Source: an uncultured Thermoplasmatales archaeon | Lineage (GTDB): Archaea > Thermoplasmatota > Thermoplasmata > Thermoplasmatales > GCA-001856825 | Direction: 5' to 3' | Assembly (NCBI GenBank): GCA_964391105.1 | Contig: CAYMKC010000001.1 | Location: 1 to 63,986 of the forward strand | Length of the DNA: 63,986 bases | Part shown: piece by piece, positions 8,659-16,384 of the stretch | Layout: each line of letters starts with the position of its first letter | Numbering within the stretch: the stretch's first letter is position 1 | Notes under the pieces: model-generated | What the model was told of the DNA's origin: nothing | The model's input: the letters and a program-made list of their open reading frames with translations, nothing else | Databases searched by the model: none | Translations under genes and position numbers: made by a program

Positions 8659-9689
8659 TCTGTCAATCTTCCTCTGTAAATTCTCTTGACCTTCTCCACG
8701 TCCTTTAAACTGGAGCACCCTGTTAGAAACATGGCAGTCTTGAGTTCGGTTTCAAGGTGCGATATCAGAACAGAAACTTCCCTATCCGAGTGGAGCGCTG
8801 CCTTCAAAAAAGTCGATGCAAGCCCGCCCAGGGAAGCACCCATCGCTAACCCCTTGAAGACATCCAAACCAGTCCGGACTCCCCCAGACGCAATCAAAGG
8901 CAATTCGACGTTTGCAAGCACGACGCTTATCGGCGAGGGGATGCCCCAGTTCCAAAACGTCTTTCCGACCCTTTCTTTTCTCTCGTCGGCCCTGTTCTTG
9001 CTCCGCATCGATTCTACTGCCGCGAAAGAAGTTCCGGACCTTCCTCCCACGTCAATGGCAGCGACTCCCAGCTGCTTGAACTCCAGAGCATCCTGCATCG
9101 AGAATCCAGCCCCGGTCTCCTTTGCAACGATCTTGTACTTACGAGAAATGGTCCCTAATCTCTTCTTGATTCCCTTGGAATTTCTATCGCCCTCTGGCTG
9201 TGACAGCTCCTGTACGAAATTGAAGTGTACTGCCAGTGCATCCGCCCCTATTAGTCCAACTGCATACTCGATCTGCTCATCAGTGAGCGCATTCTTTGAC
9301 TGTTTTACGAGCTGGGGTGCACCAACGTTCGCTATCTTGAACGGAACGTCATATTCCGAGACGATAGAGTAGGTGTCTCCCATATCCCTGTTCAGGATCG
9401 CCGCTCTCTCCGAGCCCACTCCCATTGCGATTCCTGCTTCAGCTGCGCCGATAGCTAGGTTCTCATTGATCTTCTTCGTCTCCGGATGTCCACCGGTCAT
9501 CGATGAAATCAAGATGGGCAGCTTGAGTTTCTTCCCTAGGAATGAAGTGGAGGTGTCTATCTCATCGTAGTTCACCTCTGGCATGGACTTCTGAACAATG
9601 TCAATGTCATCCCAGTAGTTGTAATCGTGAGACACATCCTGGGTAGAGATTATGTCAATGTGCTCCAGCTTTCTTCTCTCGACGGTCAC
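8640..9689 (-). CDS. fni: Type 2 (FMN-dependent) isopentenyl-diphosphate delta-isomerase
   Basis: N-terminus RKLEHIDI, then ISSMTGG, and the glycine-rich C-terminal half of an IDI-2 TIM barrel. Confidence 0.9.
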   Translation of the reverse strand: MTVERRKLEHIDIISTQDVSHDYNYWDDIDIVQKSMPEVNYDEIDTSTSFLGKKLKLPILISSMTGGHPETKKINENLAIGAAEAGIAMGVGSERAAILNRDMGDTYSIVSEYDVPFKIANVGAPQLVKQSKNALTDEQIEYAVGLIGADALAVHFNFVQELSQPEGDRNSKGIKKRLGTISRKYKIVAKETGAGFSMQDALEFKQLGVAAIDVGGRSGTSFAAVESMRSKNRADERKERVGKTFWNWGIPSPISVVLANVELPLIASGGVRTGLDVFKGLAMGASLGGLASTFLKAALHSDREVSVLISHLETELKTAMFLTGCSSLKDVEKVKRIYRGRLTEWMNQI

Positions 9690-10444
9690 GTAATCACCGT
9701 TGACCTAACTTCCTTTCCAAGAAAGAAATCTCTCACTCTCTCTGGTCTGCAGCCGTTCAGTATGACCACCCTCTTGGTATACCGTACCATTTTCTTAATC
9801 CTTTCCATCTTTCCCGCCATAGATCCTGTTGCGTCTGTGCCTGTGTCTATTACCGAAATGTCTCTCGATCTAATTGACTCGATGAATCTTGCTCTCCTGT
9901 TTACTTTTGGATCGCTGTCGTAGAGCCCGTCTACGTCGGTTAAGAACACCACACTCTCGGGTTCGAACTCGCGGGAGAGATCGAGTGCGATTTCGTCACC
10001 CGATATTATCCTGTATTTATCAACTGTTACGACTATGTCACCGAACAGCACCGGCACAAACCCCATTCTGAGCAGACCGGAAACGATTCTGAAGTCGGGT
10101 GTGTTCCCGTGGTAAATTGCGTGCGGTGGGACCGATATTGCCCTCACTCCATTTTTGTTAAGCTCTTCAATAATCATCGTGTCAAGAGAGAGAACATCGG
10201 ACATCACCTTTGATATGGCTCCTCCCTTCTCTGCTATACGACCGGGTCTATCTAGGCCGTGTTTGAGTGCCATTATGTGCCCGAAAGATCCAGCCCCATG
10301 AATCAAGATCTTTCTTTCCTTATCCACCGAAAGTATCTTGCACAATTTTCTCAGAAGAGTCATGTTCACTTCCCTGTAATTTTCTTTTTCAGTTATTATA
10401 CTTCCTCCGAGCTTTATTACGTTCACCCAGTGCAATCCAATCAA
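9686..10444 (-). CDS. Isopentenyl phosphate kinase
   Basis: Amino-acid-kinase fold with VIKLGGSIITEK and HGAGSFGH. It overlaps the fni start by 4 nt, indicating an operon. Confidence 0.9.
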   Translation of the reverse strand: MIGLHWVNVIKLGGSIITEKENYREVNMTLLRKLCKILSVDKERKILIHGAGSFGHIMALKHGLDRPGRIAEKGGAISKVMSDVLSLDTMIIEELNKNGVRAISVPPHAIYHGNTPDFRIVSGLLRMGFVPVLFGDIVVTVDKYRIISGDEIALDLSREFEPESVVFLTDVDGLYDSDPKVNRRARFIESIRSRDISVIDTGTDATGSMAGKMERIKKMVRYTKRVVILNGCRPERVRDFFLGKEVRSTVIT

Positions 10445-10494
10445 AATAAATAAAACTATGGAAGATTGTTTATTTGAGAACTAATTGTACCGTC

Positions 10495-11487
10495 ATGCCT
10501 ATGGACGTTTCAATGTTCAGATACGTTGAATCTCTTCCAGAAGAGAACATCAATCTTGCATCAAGTGCAATGAGAGGCATGAATCCCGAAGGGCTTGGCG
10601 GAGTGGAGATCGAAGAGCAGATAGCCAAACTCTATGGTGTCGAAAAGGAACAGGTTATCGTCACTCCTTCCGGCACGTTCGCGTCTTTCTTCACCCTCTA
10701 TCACCTGAGGAAGAAGATATCATCCCTCGTTACAATCACGCCAGAATATCCAGCATACTACTACCAGGCAAGGGAGATTGGCATCACTGCTACTCTGGAG
10801 AACAGGATCTCCTCCGAAGGAGTCGATCTTTCTCCTTGGGACGTAGACGAAAAGACCGCATACTTTATCAGCAACCCTAACAATCCCACTGGTCTATCGT
10901 GGAGCGACGAGAGCCTCAAGTCGATTGCGAGAGAGACGGAGGGCAACGAGTCGTACCTTGTCATAGACGACACGTTCTCATTTTTCAACGGGACTTTTCC
11001 AAAGCGGCTGGAGACGGGCAACACCATAATTCTGGGTTCTGTCTCGAAGTTCTTTGGCGAATCAGGAATCAAGATGGGATGGATAGTTGCAGGCAGACAG
11101 ACCATAGAAGAGATGAGGGAGCTCGTGGGGATAATTGTGCCAATGATATCGACGAGCGTGAAGAGGAGAGGAAGTTATCTCTTGAGCAACATCAACGTCT
11201 ACAGGGAATACAACAAGAAGAAGATAGACGAAAATTCAAAGATTTTGTTCGAACACCTGGACGAGTATCTGGTCGGATACAAGGGGACGATAGTTAACGC
11301 GATCTCTGTGGGAGGCGAATCGACTGGATTCTCCCTTTCACTTATGACAGAAGGCGTATCTACTGTTCCTGGCTATTATTTTGGTTCAGACTCACTGGTC
11401 AGAATCGGGATAGGTACGGAGGATCCTGAAAGGACAGAGAAGGGAGTCAAGACGATTGCCAACAAGGTATCCAACTGGAAGAGGTAG
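10495..11487 (+). CDS. Class I/II PLP-dependent aminotransferase
   Basis: NPNNPTG motif and the PLP-lysine motif SVSKFFGESGIKMGW. The ATG at 10495 is preferred over the TTG at 10474. Confidence 0.75.
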   Translation: MPMDVSMFRYVESLPEENINLASSAMRGMNPEGLGGVEIEEQIAKLYGVEKEQVIVTPSGTFASFFTLYHLRKKISSLVTITPEYPAYYYQAREIGITATLENRISSEGVDLSPWDVDEKTAYFISNPNNPTGLSWSDESLKSIARETEGNESYLVIDDTFSFFNGTFPKRLETGNTIILGSVSKFFGESGIKMGWIVAGRQTIEEMRELVGIIVPMISTSVKRRGSYLLSNINVYREYNKKKIDENSKILFEHLDEYLVGYKGTIVNAISVGGESTGFSLSLMTEGVSTVPGYYFGSDSLVRIGIGTEDPERTEKGVKTIANKVSNWKR

Positions 11488-12926
11488 TGATGGAGCCACT
11501 TGGAATTCTCTACGGTGACTTACACCCAACGGTCGTGAACTGCTCCGTCTCCGGTAAACTGAGGCAGGGAGATTACGTAAGACTGCAGCACCAGGAGGAT
11601 GGATGGGTTCTCGGCAAGGTCGATTCCATCGAAGCTAAGACAAATCTCTCCATAGAGAAATCGTACAAGATAATGGAAGGTAGCAACATAGAGATACAGC
11701 AGACGATTTCTGCCCAAATTGTAATAATAGGATACCTAGACCGCAAGGGGGTTTTGCAGTATCCGCGGACTCCTTTCTTGGCAGGCACCCCTGTGTATTT
11801 TGCAGACGATGAATTCATATCTGCTGTCCTTAAGGTCGGCGTGGGGAAGAAGGGACGCGCATATGTAGGCTTGATCTACGGACACAGCATTCCGTTCTCG
11901 ATCGACATCAATTCGATGGTCCAGAAACACATTTCTGTAATGGCAAAAACTGGTGGGGGAAAGAGCTACCTAACTGGCGTCATAATTGAAGAGCTTATAA
12001 AAAGCGATGTTACGGTGGTGGTCATAGACCCTCACGGCGAGTATGGCTCAATGAAGAGCAGAGCCTCAGACAACGAAGACATGAAGAGGTTCTCGATTCA
12101 CCCGGGTTCTTATGGAAGCAAAATCGTTACTTATTCACCGGAACACGGAGATGAAAAGCTCACATTCACACTTTCCCAAATCAACGTGAAGGAACTAGTG
12201 AGCATTATGAACCTCTCGGACCCAAAGTCCTATGTGCTCCCGTTGAGAAAGGCGATCGATGCGATTAGGTTGACAAGCAAGGACTATGATTTCGATGACG
12301 TCATAAAGGAGCTGAGGAGACAGGACGATTCCTCTCTCTCCCAGACGCTGGAGAAGGAATTGGTGTACCTGAAGTCACTTAACGTCCTCGGAAAGAGAGG
12401 TCTGAGGGTGGACGAACTCGTGGTCAAGGGCAAGGTATCTATAATCGAGATGAAGGGGCTGCCGCCCGACATGCAGGAACTGATAGTTCAGAGGCTCCTT
12501 TATGCCCTTTTTGAGGCAAGGAAAAAGGAGAGGATTCCCCCTCTACTCACGGTAGTCGAGGAGGCACACAATTTTGCACCGCAACAGGGCAAGGCTTTTT
12601 CATCCAAGATAATGAGAACAGTCGCATCTGAGGGCAGGAAGTTTGGATTCGGTCTACTGGTCGTATCTCAAAGACCTGCCAAGGTTGACAAGAACGTCCT
12701 GTCCCAGTGCGGAACGCAACTCATACTGAAGGTAACAAACCCCAACGATCTGAAGGCAATAGGGAACTCCGTGGAGGGACTGACCAATTCCTCGCTTGAC
12801 GAGATTCAGAGACTGCCCGTGGGGACCGCACTCGTTGCATCTCCCGAGCTGCCTATCCCATTATTCATCGAAGTACGACCCAGGGAGACGGATGACGGAG
12901 GGAAGAATGTGAGGGTGGTAAGATGA
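11487..12926 (+). CDS. HerA/FtsK-superfamily ATPase (HerA-like, DUF87-type)
   Basis: N-terminal HAS-barrel-like region. Walker A is AKTGGGKS and Walker B is VVVIDPHGEY. EEAHNF and VSQRP motifs are also present. Confidence 0.8.
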   Translation: MMEPLGILYGDLHPTVVNCSVSGKLRQGDYVRLQHQEDGWVLGKVDSIEAKTNLSIEKSYKIMEGSNIEIQQTISAQIVIIGYLDRKGVLQYPRTPFLAGTPVYFADDEFISAVLKVGVGKKGRAYVGLIYGHSIPFSIDINSMVQKHISVMAKTGGGKSYLTGVIIEELIKSDVTVVVIDPHGEYGSMKSRASDNEDMKRFSIHPGSYGSKIVTYSPEHGDEKLTFTLSQINVKELVSIMNLSDPKSYVLPLRKAIDAIRLTSKDYDFDDVIKELRRQDDSSLSQTLEKELVYLKSLNVLGKRGLRVDELVVKGKVSIIEMKGLPPDMQELIVQRLLYALFEARKKERIPPLLTVVEEAHNFAPQQGKAFSSKIMRTVASEGRKFGFGLLVVSQRPAKVDKNVLSQCGTQLILKVTNPNDLKAIGNSVEGLTNSSLDEIQRLPVGTALVASPELPIPLFIEVRPRETDDGGKNVRVVR

Positions 12927-13207
12927 CCATCCAGGAGAGGTGCAAGAGGTATCTTGATCTCACTAGAGATGCGCTTACATTGGTAAAGATCTCTCCATCG
13001 AAAGAAAGCTTCCTAAGCAGAGCGGCTACGGATTTTGTAGAGATGTGCAACAACTACCTCAAGGATGCCACTTTCTTCTACGAGAAAGGGGATTATGAAA
13101 ACTCCCTTGCGGCTAGCTCATACGCCTATGCCTGGTTAGACGCTGGTGTCAGACTAGGAATACTCAGCGCAACTGGGGATTACAAGAGATTTACTCAGTA
13201 CTCTTAG
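12923..13207 (+). CDS. Small helical protein (DUF357-like), translationally coupled to the HerA-like gene
   Basis: 94-aa ORF with an ATGA overlap onto the upstream stop. The family assignment is from memory only. Confidence 0.5.
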   Translation: MTIQERCKRYLDLTRDALTLVKISPSKESFLSRAATDFVEMCNNYLKDATFFYEKGDYENSLAASSYAYAWLDAGVRLGILSATGDYKRFTQYS

Positions 13208-13524
13208 CGGAATGTGCTATAGTCGTAGATTAGATCAATTAGCCGTTTGCTGGTCGAGTCGTCTATTATTCCCTCGTTCTTCTTGACCAGGACGAAGTCT
13301 CTCGCTTCCAATACTCCATTCTTGGCGGCCTTGGCATAAACAGATCCTATCACTCCGCCTCTCACGCTTTCCGGAAGATCCTTTAAACACTTTCCTAAAA
13401 GAAACCTAAATTCCTCGTTTTTTCTCATGTTGAGTTTTCTCAATTTCCTCTTCGTCTCAATGCCATTCTGGTTGGTAGTGGTTCTATTTACCTCCATCTG
13501 TGGTTTTGGATTAATCCGTAACAT
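13204..13524 (-). CDS. Hypothetical protein
   Basis: 106-aa ORF with a plausible shorter start at MRKNEEF. I recognise no family. Confidence 0.4.
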   Translation of the reverse strand: MLRINPKPQMEVNRTTTNQNGIETKRKLRKLNMRKNEEFRFLLGKCLKDLPESVRGGVIGSVYAKAAKNGVLEARDFVLVKKNEGIIDDSTSKRLIDLIYDYSTFR

Positions 13525-14007
13525 TTAAATATTTCGTTTGTGGAAAGGCCCAGAATATGGGCTCGGGACCGATTTCGAAGTGCCAATGCAATTTTATCAA
13601 CGATCTTACTTGACAAGTTATATATAGATTCTTCAGCTGGAGAAACAGACTTGCTAGTGAGTGTTGCAAAGAAAGTACTGGGAATTTTAGTCGCTTCGAC
13701 TGGGGGTTGTCCTTGTATTGCTTGGCATAAGACCTTCCATCTCTAACGGACCATATTTCGGTTGGGTCTATTATTATCAAGATCCTCAAGCTTGTACTGC
13801 TTGCCAAATGCAATATACATACGAAATTCTCATTCCTTTCCTGCTTGCAGGTTCCATCCTAGTGATCCTAGGACTCGCTTTCTTTCTCTCTCATTCTGGT
13901 AATACCAAGTAGTTCTTTCCCACAATCAGGTGATACCTTCAGCATTCGGTCGGAATCTCATCATCTTGGAGCGGTAAACGATTTATTGTACGTTAACTTA
14001 GGACTTC

Positions 14008-16383
14008 GTGGCTGTTGGAGTACAAATGAGACATATCTTTTACTCGAATGGGGCAGCACGTGCTTTTTCGGTTCTGAACGGAGTCCAAACGCAGAGCGTA
14101 ATGGACTTAGTTAAAGAGATGTCCTCCTCCGTAAACGTCAACATCATAACCGAAGAAGAGAGCTTCATCGCCCTACTAAAGTCCGGTGCATCGGTAGAAG
14201 ATTTAAACTCAATGAAGATCCTCCAAAATTTCCTCAAAGTCGTTGGAGAGACCTCAAAAGTCCACAAACTGGTTGCTGGAGACAGTTCGGAAAAGAAGAT
14301 CGAGAAGTACAGCGAGATCACGCTGAATTTCTATAAGATGATATCCGAGATGGGAAAGAGTGAGGCAGAAGACTTCGGTGAATTCGTTGGTTTATTCCCC
14401 CTGAAGCACGACTTGTCGGCAAATTATGTGAGCCATCTTCCATCTTTCCTTGCTCCATTCAATAAGTTGTTTACCCTATCAGAGGAATCAAGCAAAAAGG
14501 AGCCGAAAGCCCTGAAGATGAAGTTCCCTGATCTTTTTGCCGAGATAAGATGGCTATCGAGGGAAATCGCCTCGAAGAGAGGGCTAAGGGCAGTAGTCGT
14601 TCCGGACGATTACCTAGCTTCGGCGATTGCAAAGGAGCTGGAGCTGTATGGTATCAACCCGACAATTGCGTCCCCAGTATCGGAAGTGTTTATGAACGAT
14701 TCGCATCTCAATTTCGCCATATCCACTCTACGCTGCATAGATGAGGATTTCTCCTACGAAAGCGTAATCTCCATCCTTGAGAACCCATACTCCGGGATAG
14801 ATCGTTCTAGAATACGCACTATCAAGAAACAGTGCTATGAAAAGAACATAACGAGGGGAATCGGAGATTGGAAGAACCTGTTCCAGGAAATGAAGATCAA
14901 GGGGGATTTGCTACTTGACCTGGAATCTCTCTCGATCAATTTGGAACACGGGGATGGACTATCGGAACTAGTACTGTTTTTCAATAAGTACACGGGCGAA
15001 AGGAGCTTGATAGGTAAGCTGTTGGGGATTCTTGCATCATCATTTGAGGGAGAGGTCTTTGAACCTACTGAACTTATCAATGCCCTTGGCTCAATGAAGT
15101 ATCTGCCAAAGGTGAGTGTGGTAGGTGAGGCTGATGTTCTCATTGGCAAACCGCTTGACCTTCTTGGATTGCCCATTGACTTCCTCTACCTTGCTGGTCT
15201 GGATGCGGCTTCTTCGATCCGAGCCTTCCCGGAAGAGGCGAGAGACTTTCTTGAGAAAACGGGATTGGAAAATGGTTTTGAAAGACTGATGGAAAGGGCA
15301 TACAGTTCCCTCATTGAACATTCAGATGCAGTCATACTTACCTGTTCGAAGATGGACGACAAGCTTTCATACACGGAGTCAACTGCATTTTATGACGGAA
15401 TTCCAGGTGAGGAAAAGTACGTTCCAAGGGATTCGGTGTTCATACCACAGGACCCTATTGCGGAGTGGGAAACTGCGACCGAATACACAGTTTCAAATAG
15501 TTATTCACTCGAACACACCATCGTAAATGCGAGAATAGAGAAACCGATCTATCCTACGTTCATCGAAAACTATGCGGGGTGTCACTTCAAGGGTTTCGTC
15601 AACGGGATGCTCGGTGTTGATGAGATCGATCCTCCTCGGGAATTCCTCGATCCAAGAACGACCGGATCGATGACCCACAAGATACTCGAGAAGTTTTATT
15701 CAACAGACCTAACTCCTACAGGCTTCGGCAAACTTGCGGACTCTTTTGTCAGGGGTGAGATAGGCAAGGAGAGGTACGAGTCCCGGAAGGAGGCCCTGAA
15801 GTTCTACCGCGACAAGTACATACTAAACGGTAAATTGGAAAGATTCTTTAGAATGGATGTTGAACACACTCTCGAGCTTGGGAGGAAGACGATCCAAAAG
15901 GAGTTTCACTTCCCGATCTCCGACCAGCAAGTAGTGTACTATTTTGGAGACAAGAAAGTCAGCTTAGGGGGTTATGTTGATCGGGTTGATGACGAGAACG
16001 GCGGGTTGTGTGTCATTGACTACAAGAGCTCGCTCTATGGGTATCCCAAGAACGACCTGTGTGATGACAGACACTATAAGGTACAACTTTACTTTTACAA
16101 ACTTGGCGTAGAGGCTATCATGAAGAAAAAGGTCAGAGCAGCAGCTTACGTATCGTTCAGAGACATCAACGACGGCTTCAGCACGGCCGGATTCTTCAAC
16201 TCGATCCCAAACGAGGAGGCACAGGTCAAGAAGTGCAGGGAGATCATAGATCCCGTTCTCGAAGAGTTTGTGAGCGGTGACTGTGACCCGGTAGTCAAAG
16301 AGGGAGGTAGCCTGTGGAAGTGCGAGAATGAACTCTTCTGTCCTCTGCTGAGCGTGTGCAGGGTCCAGGAGAGGAGGTGGTGA
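14008..16383 (+). CDS. AddB/RexB-like protein with C-terminal Cas4/AddB-type PD-(D/E)XK nuclease and 4-Cys (Fe-S) pattern
   Basis: There is no N-terminal Walker A. AddB-like landmarks are AEIRWLSREIASKRGLRAVVVP and VLIGKPLDLLGLPIDFLYLAGLD. Nuclease motifs are YAGCHFKGF, GSMTHK, GGYVDRVD, VIDYKS, KVQLYFY and the terminal WKCENELFCPLLSVC. Confidence 0.8.
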   Translation: MAVGVQMRHIFYSNGAARAFSVLNGVQTQSVMDLVKEMSSSVNVNIITEEESFIALLKSGASVEDLNSMKILQNFLKVVGETSKVHKLVAGDSSEKKIEKYSEITLNFYKMISEMGKSEAEDFGEFVGLFPLKHDLSANYVSHLPSFLAPFNKLFTLSEESSKKEPKALKMKFPDLFAEIRWLSREIASKRGLRAVVVPDDYLASAIAKELELYGINPTIASPVSEVFMNDSHLNFAISTLRCIDEDFSYESVISILENPYSGIDRSRIRTIKKQCYEKNITRGIGDWKNLFQEMKIKGDLLLDLESLSINLEHGDGLSELVLFFNKYTGERSLIGKLLGILASSFEGEVFEPTELINALGSMKYLPKVSVVGEADVLIGKPLDLLGLPIDFLYLAGLDAASSIRAFPEEARDFLEKTGLENGFERLMERAYSSLIEHSDAVILTCSKMDDKLSYTESTAFYDGIPGEEKYVPRDSVFIPQDPIAEWETATEYTVSNSYSLEHTIVNARIEKPIYPTFIENYAGCHFKGFVNGMLGVDEIDPPREFLDPRTTGSMTHKILEKFYSTDLTPTGFGKLADSFVRGEIGKERYESRKEALKFYRDKYILNGKLERFFRMDVEHTLELGRKTIQKEFHFPISDQQVVYYFGDKKVSLGGYVDRVDDENGGLCVIDYKSSLYGYPKNDLCDDRHYKVQLYFYKLGVEAIMKKKVRAAAYVSFRDINDGFSTAGFFNSIPNEEAQVKKCREIIDPVLEEFVSGDCDPVVKEGGSLWKCENELFCPLLSVCRVQERRW

Positions 16384-16384
16384 A

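Noticed and set aside
8686-9372. 228-aa plus-strand ORF
   Set aside because: It lies entirely antisense to the well-supported fni (IDI-2) gene. Its composition is low-complexity and Ser/Pro/Ala-rich, typical of shadow ORFs, and I recognise no family.
13921-13975. C/D-box sRNA-like pattern on the minus strand (AUGAUGA ... CUGA ... CUGA with a short CAA/UUG terminal pairing)
   Set aside because: The spacing is wrong: 15 nt and 9 nt guide regions, no C' box, and only about 40 nt between the C and D boxes. These short motifs occur by chance.
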